From positions 1,370,908 through 1,433,121 of the forward strand of contig NW_003526941.1 in NCBI RefSeq assembly GCF_000181795.1: DNA of 62,214 nucleotides, in the 5' to 3' direction. The position numbers were made by a program, and so were the translations under genes. The notes under the pieces were generated by a model. It was not told the DNA's origin. It searched no databases and worked only from the letters and a program-made list of their open reading frames with translations. Below are positions 13,526 through 25,301 of the stretch, piece by piece. This DNA is from Trichinella spiralis. Taxonomy: Eukaryota. How positions within the stretch are numbered: the stretch's first letter is position 1; every line of letters begins with the position of its first letter.

Positions 13526-15060
13526 CTATTGCAATTTGTTTGAATTGTTGGTGAACAACACTGGCAGTAGTACGGCTGTAGTGAAGAAACAAAAAAAATG
13601 TTCAACAAATAACATACCGTAAAACAGTGCAGTAGGCAAGCGTCCGATCGGTATCAACGCGACGAGCTGATTCAAGCCGACGCCGAGCAATGCTTGAGCG
13701 AATTTGGTAGAGAAAAATTTCGATGCAATCTTGTTGTTGTTGTTTGTAAACATGGATTTGTTAGCCAACAATATTGCAACGCTAATTAGCACACCGACAT
13801 CACGAAAAAATGATGCCAACGGTGTGGTGGACTGATGGATCCATTCAGCTCGGTGACAATATTTAGCCGCTAATTCTATCGACCGGTGCGTGTCGACGCC
13901 GAAAAATCGGTGCGCTTCGTGCACGCTCAGGGCAATCAACAGCAAAGCAATCATGAAAGCGATCAGATTCGACCATCGCCGACGACGATGACCAACCAGC
14001 GAACGCGTAACCAACGCTATGCAAATTCCTGAAGCATGAATAAACAAATTAAATAAAAGCAAACGCTTCTCGGTCTAATTAATATGTATGTGTATGAATT
14101 TGCTTTACCAACAACGATGCCCAAAATCACTTGATCAGGAAAATGAGCGCTGATGTAAGTTCGAGAAATGGACACTGCGATTAGAAACACAACGTACAAC
14201 AGCCAACAAATTCCAGATAAATCACTGTAAATATTTTTCTTTTTCATTCGATCATTATGTTTTTTTTTATCGTTCCTATTCCAGCTTACCCGAGCACCAG
14301 ATCGCTTTGCAAATTATACAACAAATTAAACCAAACTGAAGCCGAAACCATCGCATGACCACTCGGGCTGCCTGTTTAAAAAACATTACAATTTCATTAA
14401 TGAAATTTAAAAAACTGAACAAAAATCTATAAAATATCTGGCTGCTGTTTCAGATTGAATAAGTAGAACTTGTAAAAAAACATGCTTGTCTACGGCTGCG
14501 TAAAAAAGCAATAAATTTTAACACATTCAAAAACAAGACAAACGTTAACCGTGACATTTGCTTGTTTTGTTTGACTTGAACCGATTTTTATAAAGTTCAA
14601 CTTTAGTTAGTACTCTACCATTTGGAAAAGCAAATCAAATGAAAAAAATAATTATTACCAGGTCCAGTTTCACATGTCCATTGAAACTGTTTCAACGGAT
14701 GCGACAGTTGTCCACTCACTCCGGCTGTGTAGACCCACCAGTATGGTCGATCGTCCAGCAGAATCCTAAAAAAGAAAAAACGCCTCATAAATATTATTCA
14801 ATAAGTGCAAGGTCGGTGAAAAGCCGGTACCATTTTAATATGCAATTGGAAATTTCACTGAAAGCACCAACAATTACCATATCCAACGCAGCGGTGCCAA
14901 AAAATGGAAACAAAGCTGGAAAGTATAGAGAAAATGTCATTACCGGATCGCCCAGTTTTGTCACTGCGAGCCAAAAATGCTGCGCCGTTTCGCCAAATAT
15001 GGGCAGTCGTTGAAGCCATACAACCATTTGAATTCCCAACAATTTTATCGGATTGATCAT
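13526..15060 (-). CDS. G6PC: Glucose-6-phosphatase catalytic subunit (G6PC family, PAP2 fold), multi-exon
   Basis: PAP2 motifs: LKW(ILLDD)RPYWWV, QFQWTCETGPGSPSGHAM and SRTYISAHFPDQVILG. Also AAKYCHRAEWIH..TTPLASFFRD and several TM segments. Confidence 0.92.
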
Positions 15061-15697
15061 TTCTGAAATGAAATCTTCTTCAAATGAACCTTTCCGAATT
15101 AATCAGCTATAATTTTCACGCATATAATGAACCGATTTCAAAATAATTTAGCTGTGCGCGTAAAAATACCGTTTCAAAAAAAAAGAATGAAATTCAACTT
15201 TCCACAGTTTCTGAAATACCGCAATACCAGCGGTACCTGTACCCCAGCGTCTCCAGTACTACGAAGACATTAATTAACACCGGTCTGTCCAGTTTTTTTC
15301 ATAAAAAACATCAAATATATACAGTATAAAAACGATCAAGTAAAATGAATTTATAGAATAAATTTGATTTGAATTTCAAAATAAACAAACCTAAAATAGT
15401 CAAAAATTAGTTATATAATAAATAAAACCTTGTCAAATAATTAATTATCTGCAATAATTTTTCAAATTACAATTTACTGTAATTGTAGTTCAAATGTAAC
15501 CAAACGGTTAACGTGAACCGCACACAAAAAACATCGACCAACATACGGACGGACATAAAATTAATTTTAATTTTAGAATTATGAACAATTTGCACCGGTC
15601 TGAAAATGTCCGGCGTTAAGCATGGTCGTTCGTGTGTGTTACAAATAAATGACACACAAAAAAACAATTCACTAATTTGACTGGAAAAGTAGAAAAA

Positions 15698-17858
15698 TCA
15701 AGAACCGGAAAATGGCGTGCCTGATGACTGTTCACCCTGAGCAAAGCTTATATAACGCAATTTCTGTTGCAAAGAAGGGCGCAACATTGGAATAATTCGA
15801 TCAGTATCCTGTCGAACACTGTCACCAACGTACATATATTTGACGTGATAGAAAAAATCACAAATCAAATCTTCGTATTTCCAATTACCCACTTCACAAT
15901 CAACATTGTACAACATCTGATATAGATCTGTTGTAATCTGAAAAGAAGCTCATTGAAACAAACAGTTGCATTCATCAAATCAAATAATTCTAGAAGATGA
16001 AAAATAAATTTTCGCCATTTGAACTTACGTCCATAGTAAATTTGGTACGTTCTTGGTAGAATCGCTGCAGAAATGGTGCCACCAAATGGCAAACATACAA
16101 AAATTGTCCCTCAGAACGTACGTGAGGTATCCAAGTTGAGCGTAAAGCTCTGAAAAATGCAACAAGCAAAAAACAAAACAAAACAAAACAAAAATTGAAA
16201 TAACAGCTGAATAATTAATAGATTATAAGATAAATAAATGACCAACTTACTGAGGTAAGAGTTGCAAGTAGCCGGATGCGCTGTGCAACCAAACAGCGTG
16301 ACAAAGGGCAAGTATACGTGCCGGATAGCAGTCTTCCATCAATTTTGATCGTTTTTCAAAATCTAACTTATTACTGACGTCCGTGTTGATCGAATTCATA
16401 TGATCCGAACAAAGTGTCGTCAAAATAGTCTGATAAAATGGTTCCATGTAACTAATCTAAAAAAATTGAACAAACACTTTAAATATTTCTATTCAAATTA
16501 AAAGAATGGACAAATTCACCAACCGGCAGAGCGGAAAAGATCAATCCGATCGCATTTACCCAATACATGACGGTATTTTTATCGACCAAACTGTGCCTGG
16601 AAGATTGAGACTACAAATGAAACAAACAAATCAAACTGAATTGCTGTTACTGTACCAATGAGTGACCAGAGTGACCAGAGCGTTGCCGACGTCGACAACG
16701 CCGACCGGCAGGGACATCAATTCGATGCATATGGAGTAGAGAGCGTGGGTTTGGAAGTTGTTGAATTCGACAAATCTCAGGTCAGTTTTGCGCGACCACT
16801 GCTGCCTGGGCTCGGAAAAGGTGTCGATCAGGCGCCGAACAAGGGCCGCGTAGTAATTCAAATCGGGAACCCATGGACCGCGGTCGGTCGCCTGACCGAC
16901 CCAGCCGACAAATTCGGCCGACAATAGCCAGTGGTCGTCGCGCGACGGTACGCAGGCCCCGTGCACGGCCAGAGCGAGTTTCTGCTTGATGGCCGGCGAT
17001 TCGACCAGGCGTTTTTCGTAAAAGCGGAACGTGGAATAGAGAAAACTCACCGGATATGGGTGGAACCGATACAACGGACCAAGTATGCTCAGGGTCGAGT
17101 CGAGAAATTTCAAACAAGCGGCTGGTGATTCGACCAATTTTTGCAACAACAAATCCACCACCGGAAGCATTTGCAAGCAACGGGTGCCAAAATAAACAGG
17201 CAGTGGACAGTCGTTCGGTGTCAACGAGGCGCGGCTCAGTTCCACATGGACCTGGGACCAAGTGCGTTCGGCATGCTTGATCTGGTAGGCTTGGTATTTG
17301 TCGTTCCAGTCCTGGCAGTGCCAGTAGTCGGACGGTAACATGGCCACGCAGTCGGCGACCGCCGAGCGCAGCTCTTCGGAACGCTGTACCAACAGCATGA
17401 CGATCAACAGCGCGTAAAAGGCGTCGTTACCTTCGTAGTCGCGCAGCAGCATGGTCAACATGAACCGCTCCAACGGAACCACGGCATATTTGAATATTAA
17501 ACGATTGAGCACGTCGACGCAACGATTCACGTCGGCGCTGTTGGTCTCGTAGACGAGAAAGTCGGCCAGCGATTTCAAATGGACGAGCACCTTGCGCGGA
17601 CCGAGCACTTCTAAAATTTTCATCGACACCGCCGGCAATTCGCCCGTATCGTAAACAAGGCGCCACAACAAGCACAAATATACCGTGCTTGTTGAAGTGT
17701 TTGTAAAATAATCGATCAAGCTCAATTCTGAGCCGAAAGTTCTGTGTTTGATGTATTCTTCGTCTACTTGCTGTTTGAGCAAAAAACGACTCTGTTGTTG
17801 CTGTTGCGGCTGCTGTGATGAACCAACAACAACGTTCAATTGCTGTGGTTGTGGTTGC

Positions 17859-17894
<36 letters not shown>

Positions 17895-20800
17895 GGTTGT
17901 TGTTGTTGTTGTTGTTGTTGCTGCTGTTGCTGCTGCTGTTGCTGTTGTTGCTGAGTATAATGTGAGCAAAATACTTGTGGAAATACGCTAAGTGTTGACT
18001 GAGGCCAACTGTAAGAAGGAAGCTTGTTCAACAATTCTCGGTATACCCCTTCGATGAAGCACGAATCAGAATCTTAAAAATTATCGAAACATTTAAACTG
18101 CCAAATAAATTTAACAAAATAACTACTGGATATAACTGTAGAACGAGCTAATGTTAAAATTATAATTCTCATCAATTCTTCATTTTCAGCAATCGACTGC
18201 TTTGTTCCGTCGGCTGCAACTGCGACGAAGGAATTCAAAAGACGCGCAAACGGGGCCTGAAAAATTTCATAATGCGGATACCACTGAAATTGCAACAACA
18301 ACGTCCTCTCAAGCCTAAAAATCAACACCAAATAAACAACCCACGAAATAATAATAATAATAATAGCATCTATACATCCAGTAAAGAGATGCGTTGGTTT
18401 GAAATTTTGCAAAAGCCAACGTCTGCTGCAATGTAACAATTGCGTGAACACGATACGTCGACGGGATGTTGAATAGACGATAGTTGAGAATTTCACAGCA
18501 AATGTACATCATTTCGCAGCATTGATGACGTGCCGCTGTGAGTACTATGTGCGATGTGAACTGCTTCAAGCCGAGAATTTCCAAATCCGGGTACGTCAAC
18601 ATGCGACAATACGTTTCCACCAAAGCTGGCGATGGCCAAGCACTTTTCCCCTGCATAAACCGACCAAACGTTCCAATCAAACTGTTCGCAATACTGTTCA
18701 CACGAGCATCAAAATCAGATAAAAAGATCAAAGCAAAAAAAAAGAATCAATAATCTCACTTCATCCGAACATGTACAGAAACAGAGTCGAGAAATTCCAA
18801 TTTCAGTGGTCTCAGTTTGACTTCAGAGACAGCACCGTTCGGGTATGGCATTGAATTGGTAGCGTTGGACGCAAAATTTCCAGATGCTTGGGTAGAATTA
18901 TGCCCACGTGTGTTATCCAAATTCTCTAACAAAATAGGCAAAAGATCTTGTTGAAATATTTCTGAAGTTGAACTATCTGAAAATTTCAAATTTTTCTGAT
19001 TAAGTTTCATACAGAGAAAACAAAAACTAAATTATCAATTTTTACAAGCGTTGCATAGCACGGCTACCATATAATTATCCGTATTAAACTGTGTTTTGTT
19101 CTTCAAAGCTTCTTGCAAAAATCTAAACAACATACATATAATACAATTATCATCTGAATGAACATCTCACATACTTCCTCTGAGTATTAACGGTAGGTGG
19201 AAGCTCCACTTCCATACTTGGTGATTTTTTCAAAATGTGTATCCATATACAAGTTGGAGCAAGCATTAGAACACAACTGGAATCCGATCCAGAAACAGTA
19301 AATATATCTCGTCCAGTGTACAATAATCGATACAAATCAAGAATAACGGCAAATTCTTCTACCTAAAAATATAATTATAATAATGATCGCTATACAAGTT
19401 TGTCTTTTTTTAACTAATTAATAAAAAAAACAAAATCAGATATTACACCTACAGACATATAAAATTTTCCATTTTTTAACAATTAACAAATGATCGCTAT
19501 TATAATTTAATATTCAAAATTTCTATTTTTCATACCGAATATTTCTGCATTCCACCAGAAAGAAAGTTAAACAAACACCACATCAGCTGATTCCTCGCAT
19601 ATCGATATGGATAATGAGTAAGCTGAAAAGAATGAATTTTCATAACAATATATTTTACATATGCATCAATTATAATACCTTCGTATGCAAAATTTTTACT
19701 AATCTTGTAAAGCAAATTGACTGTTGAAGGGTAAGGTAAATAATCTGCGTTGAAATAATGCGCCAAGCCTGTGGATTTAATTGACTGTGGTCGCATTCTG
19801 CAGTGAACATTAACTCCAAGATGATTTCAGTTATCACTTCTTCAAAATAAGGTATTCGTGATTTTTCCTGAAATATTTATGAAATGTGATATTCACATTT
19901 TCTGCTTCAAAATATAGTACTCACTGGCTTAGCAGTCCCAAGTAGCACCGCAATAGCGTCTCGATATGTAAAATGCATGAATACATGTGTTAACAGCCGC
20001 ATCTGGGGATTCAGTAGATCCTTAAAATTGTAATAACTTGTTTATACAAAATTCACAAAGAAAAGTCTTTTATACTTGACTGTAGGGAAGTAAACCTTTC
20101 AAAGGAAACCTCAGTGACAAAGCCTCAAGTTTCCAAAATGCGTTAAAATAAAATCCAACGTGTCCTGGAATCGGGGTCATAAATGTTCGTCCTCAAAATA
20201 AATATATTAATAAAAAAACACTGATTATTAAAAGAAAAGCATAAATGCTTACCGCAAACAGAATTTAACTGCGCCAACGGTCGAAAAGATTCTATTATTT
20301 CCGTAAAACAATCTGCCATACGCTACAAAGCAAAATAACATATAAAGTATAATAAAATAAAAACAAATAAATCAAATAAAATATTAAACCCAATGTGAAA
20401 AGCATCTCTGCTCTGGAAGATTCTTTATAATTTCCGTAATGACAAAATAGGCAGGAAGCAAATTATTTTTTCGATCACAAATTGTTTTTATTAACTAAAA
20501 TGACACATAAAAAGTTATATTATTTAAAAAAATCAGAAAATTCAAACTTTTTCGACAGCTTCTACAGATTTCCGTTGATCCACTTGAAGATGCACAGGTA
20601 TAGGAATGTCAAGAAGTCGTTTCAGAGTATCGCGCACACCCTAACAATTCAAATATCAACAAAATAAAAGCATTAATTACTTTACCTTATAGTCAAGAAG
20701 AGAAATATTTTCCATAAAGAAAGCAAATGTATCATTCCAGCCGCAGTTGTTAATGTTCAATTCTGCGCAGGTTAGTAACTTTTCACAAATGCATCTAAAT

Positions 20801-21376
20801 TACATTTATTATCCAAAAATATGTTGATTAAATAAAAAATTTACTTGATGCTCAGCATCTGTCGCTGAGTTACATTTCTGACAAAGAAATCAACAATTCT
20901 GTTTGCTGAATTTGATAACACTCGATGTGATATCACGATGGAAAAAGCCGATTCTTGCAAATTCTAAACTTAACAATGACATGCAATAAATAATAATTAA
21001 CGTACAATATACTCATAATCAAATAAATGTTATACATTAATTAACAGTAATTATTATAAATTATTATATTAGAAAATAAAATACGTCCTAGAAAAGATCA
21101 TCATTGCAGTTATTTAAAAATGACTTCAAAAATCACCTGTGGCAAAGATGTGAAAATTTCAATAAGTTCATTTGCAGTAGATATAACCATTTTTTTCTCA
21201 CATTCTTCGCTGGATGTTATCAAATAAGGTTGGAAAAAGAAATAGGCAATTCCACTTTTCTGAAAGATGCACAAGTTTTATTCTGTTTCAAATGAATTAT
21301 GTTTCATAAATCTTACTGCATGCTCCTTGAACAAATTTTTTACTTTTGCTTCAAAATCAGAAAGTGAAACTGACAT
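15698..21376 (-). CDS. MED23: Mediator of RNA polymerase II transcription subunit 23 (sur-2 ortholog), multi-exon
   Basis: RNQLMWCLFNFLSG, LAPTCIWIHI, SPALVETYCRML, NEELMRIIILTLAR, LPVYFGTRC, RFVEFNNFQTHALYSICIELMSLP, CHAVWLH, HLVAPFLQRF and EDLICDFFYHVKYMYVGD are all MED23 signatures. Confidence 0.95.
17791..17953 (-). repeat. CAA/CAG trinucleotide repeat encoding a polyglutamine tract inside MED23
   Basis: (tgt/tgc)n on the + strand, in frame with the MED23 exon 16631-18034. Confidence 0.95.
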
Positions 21377-22441
21377 TGCGACAAAAGCACAGTATCCCCA
21401 AAATGAAATTCTACTTTAAAATGGATAATTTAATTTTGTCAACATCCAACAATTAGAACGTCTTAATAAATATGAAAATACAGTAATACCAATTTCAAGC
21501 ATAATTTATATCTAAATGTCATCAGCCTATTTTGCGAATACAATACATAAAAAAATTCCAGAATAAATATTTACTTTCTTATTATGCATAAAGAAAGTAA
21601 TGTAACTTATTATTTTTAAATCGAAGCTCTTTTTAGGCTACAGTAGGCTTCAGAAAAAATTTTCTTTATTATATTTTTCATTCACATCGCTTTTAATAAA
21701 ATTTAATTTTAGTGAATGAGCATTTTCAAATTTATATTCAAAATATTACTTTCAGCAAAATTTAAAGAAGTAAAAATTAAAGCTAAAAAAATTAGTTTCG
21801 AAACGACATTGCTATGATTAATTTTTACTTACATTTTTAATCAGTTAATAAAGATAATTAATTATTTATACTCTTTTGCTAATTGAATTATTTATGTAAC
21901 AGGGAATTCGAAAACTCCATTTTGCTGTTTATGTTTGCGTGTGTTTTTTGCATACCTGTAATTCAGTAAAGTATTTTTTATAAGGATGTGTAGCATAAAT
22001 ATATATTACTGACGTAATAAATATAAACATGCCATAAATATGTTCTTATGTATTTTCAGTTTAGTAGGCAGAGTTTCAACACAACGCAAGCAGTAAGGCC
22101 AATCCTGCATTTCATTTATTTTATACCATACTACAATAAATCTTGCCGTTGAGCGTCAACTCTCGGTTTGATTGCTTTTATAATTTATTGCAATTTTTAA
22201 AGGTGGAAATGTTATATAGTTATTTTATGCAAATTTTACTTTTACAAAATTTCAAATGTTAAAATTTTTATTACTTATGTTTTCGTTAAAGTTTTTGCTA
22301 GTGATTAAACATTGATGTCAAATACATTTTAAAATTATCTTAAGTTGACTTTTGTTGTAAATTTTGCTCAAGTTGGTAAGGTTGCTTGCTTTGAGAATTT
22401 TAGGTTTTTAATCTTAAAATTATTTACTTTTTAGTGTCATC

Positions 22442-23929
22442 ATGAGTTATTATGACTGCGACATTGTTTATTATTACATATATGGCAAAGTAATGGGCGA
22501 GTTGCCACCTTTGCAAGAGATAATGGATTATATCAATTTGCTGTCATCAGATTATATTTGGCAGAGAGAACCTTTGAAATTGCAGGAGAAATCTCTCCCT
22601 GAAGTACACTATTGTGGAAATTTGCATTTTGATGACCACTTGGATGATGAGAAAATGGTTGTCTCTCTGCTGTTAAAAGTAACTGTTCGTTTTCCTAATG
22701 TATTGGTAAGATTGGTTGAGTTGGACTCGGAACTGCTGTTCACATTGCTTGCGAATAAAATTCCCATATGGATAACCGAACGAAATGCTCCTAATCGCGT
22801 TTTCCTTTCTAACGGTGAAGTTATGCTTATTCCTCAGGGTAAAACTGTCACTGATGTTGTCGACATTCCAGATGACGTTATACCTTTAAGTACAGCCTTG
22901 GACGTGGTTCGCAGATTTCCATGGATTTGTAGGACGTCGGCAGAGTATAAGCATCAACTTCTGAATGAAGTGCAACTTCAACAAAAAAACGAACATTTTG
23001 CAAATTGCATGTTACCGAGAGTATTGGCAGCCGCTTTACGTGTAAATCCTCAACTTGTATCCGATGCTGTACACGCTTTTAATTCTCAAGGCGTAACCCC
23101 TCGCACCATTAAATATCCACCTGTTGATTTGGTCAAACAGCCAGTCAGATTCAGCAAATGTTTATACGCAATGCTGTTATTTGGTAACAATCCATTGTTT
23201 GACAGCAATAATTGGCCATTTCCAAAGGTTGGCGGTCCTTTGTACAAGGCATATAACTTAGGCTGGAAATTAACATGCGGTTTTGAACTGTTGGACTCTG
23301 TAATCTCCGTTGAACAGGATGTGCTTGAACAACAACCGATCGAACGACCGGATGACAGTGAGAACTGGTTAGTTATCAGTGCAAATGAAGTGAATTTAGA
23401 CGGGGAACCAAATTATTTAGCAAAATCTCTGAAACGTTTTATGAAAAAGAAAAGTTCCATACGTGGTGTTAAGGTAGAGAAAAATGGTTTACATTTGAAA
23501 CCTGGTTTATACGCCAACCGTTTGAAGCGAGTTTTGGATTTAAGTGAAGATGAAGATGGGAGTGACTCTGAAATGGTAGAGGATTCATCTATGTCAGAAG
23601 ATGAGGATGACGATGACGAAAAGATGGATTTTAGCGCTTCTTGCAAAGAGATGCAATCTCTGATGGATGATATGGATCGTGAATTGGCAATGACTGATGT
23701 TGGACGCAGTTTTGAAAATGCAATGCAATACAGCGAAGTCGAAGGAAACAGTGGTACAATTCCAAGAGTGGATGTGGAGAAAAATTTGATTGATAATTTT
23801 TACCAGTCATATTATTCAGCAGGAGGAAACACTGGTGCGGCAGCGACTGTGTTGCATTCAATGAATGTGAACATGATACCGCCTACACAGAATGACTACA
23901 ATCTGGACAGCGATGATGAACTGAACTAA
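22442..23929 (+). CDS. ECD: Ecdysoneless / SGT1-like protein, single coding exon, 495 aa
   Basis: DYIWQREP, FDDHLDDEKMVVSLL, NRVFL.NGE, VRFSKCLYAML, LGWKLTCGFELL, PDDSENWL, FMKKKSSIRG, MDDMDRELA and VDVEKNLIDNF..SY match the ECD/SGT1 pattern. Confidence 0.9.
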   Translation: MSYYDCDIVYYYIYGKVMGELPPLQEIMDYINLLSSDYIWQREPLKLQEKSLPEVHYCGNLHFDDHLDDEKMVVSLLLKVTVRFPNVLVRLVELDSELLFTLLANKIPIWITERNAPNRVFLSNGEVMLIPQGKTVTDVVDIPDDVIPLSTALDVVRRFPWICRTSAEYKHQLLNEVQLQQKNEHFANCMLPRVLAAALRVNPQLVSDAVHAFNSQGVTPRTIKYPPVDLVKQPVRFSKCLYAMLLFGNNPLFDSNNWPFPKVGGPLYKAYNLGWKLTCGFELLDSVISVEQDVLEQQPIERPDDSENWLVISANEVNLDGEPNYLAKSLKRFMKKKSSIRGVKVEKNGLHLKPGLYANRLKRVLDLSEDEDGSDSEMVEDSSMSEDEDDDDEKMDFSASCKEMQSLMDDMDRELAMTDVGRSFENAMQYSEVEGNSGTIPRVDVEKNLIDNFYQSYYSAGGNTGAAATVLHSMNVNMIPPTQNDYNLDSDDELN

Positions 23930-24117
23930 AATTGTGATCATTGACGAAAATATTTTGTTGAATTGAAGCGATAGATGATGTTTGTTTAGAGCATCAGTTG
24001 TGAATAAAAGCTGCAAATTGTTATTTGTTGTTTTCATGTCCACAATCAGTATTACAAGATTATCTTTTGTTTATTATCATATTAATATAGTGTTATTTAT
24101 TAAAATGAGAATTGAAT

Positions 24118-25174
24118 TCAATATTCAACGTCAAATTTATCAAAATGCCTAAGAATAATAGCTAGACGAAGGCGCAGTTTGCCAACGCTAACAGTGTTCA
24201 AGCGGCAACGATCAAATGGTGCCGAAATAACGTCCGTATCGACCACTTGAATTCCACTACCTAGCACCCAACGACGCAATTCTTGTTCAGCAGAGCCAAG
24301 CGGACGCCACATCGCACATTCGATCATATGCTCACCTGGAAACGTTGGAACGTGGCAAAAACCATAACCAGCTATACGCATCCTGCCCACTGAGTCCGAA
24401 CTCCAAACATGAAATTGCAATTTAGGCCAGCCTAAAGTGTATTTATTTAAATAAAAAATTCGTTAATATTTATTTCAAGAAATAAAGTTTATTGTTAATT
24501 TCTTTGTTTTATTATATTTGATTGTTAAATTAATTTTCAATTCACAAATAAAATTGCATACACTGAACTCAGGTTTCATTTCAAAATAAGACCATATAAA
24601 CAAATATAAATAAATTTTTCAGATTGAAATTCTATTCAAGTAAAATTAATTTATGAGTAGATTTTATAAGATTTATAGAAATGGAATTTGTAAAATTTCT
24701 CAAAATGTACAACATATTACGATTTTTAAATATTTGATCGTTAAATGAAATAATAAAAATTCATTTCAATTTCAAATTACACATCATACTGTAGCCACAA
24801 TGTTTTACCAAGGTAATCATTTGTTTGTTAATTATTTGGTATTTTGTTTTATATACATGTACACATATTGACTTCAAAGTAACTTGAATAAAAAAAATAA
24901 AGACATAGCCAACCTTGAATAGATTTTGTACACAGATGAATATCTATCGGATGTGCAAAAGTTGCATTGATTGAAGCAGAACTGAAAGCAATTTGTGTCT
25001 GTCCCGACATGCTGCCTTCCAAAACTCTCCAACCACCACCTTTAAAAATGAATACATTATGAAAATAAAAATAATTTTTTGTTTACCATATTTTAACGCC
25101 CAAACACAACTAAGACCATCTTCAGTAAAACCAACTGCATCCAGAATTTCGCCAATCACATGCAATTCGGCCAT
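24118..25174 (-). CDS. B9D2: B9 domain-containing protein 2 (MKS ciliary transition-zone module; mksr-2), 3 exons
   Basis: MAELHVIGEI...GGGWRVLEG..GQTQ...FAHPIDIHL.TKSIQGWPKLQFHVW..D..GR..IAGYGFCHVPTFPGEH..C.MWRP...LRHFDKFDVEY. Confidence 0.93.
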
Positions 25175-25301
25175 CAGATAAATTTCTGGTCGGCTAACAG
25201 CTCGCTTTTGTCCTTTTGTCGTCAATGGATACGGAGGATGCAATCAGTTGAACTTGAATAACATTTATAACTTACAGTAAACTATTCACAATATTTTAAT
25301 A
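25175..25301. promoter_or_regulatory. Very short bidirectional promoter region between B9D2 and ZIP9
   Basis: Only 127 nt separate the two divergent start codons. Confidence 0.6.

Noticed and set aside
17427..17969. Poly-Thr and poly-Cys ORFs
   Set aside because: Alternative frames or antisense of the MED23 polyQ repeat.
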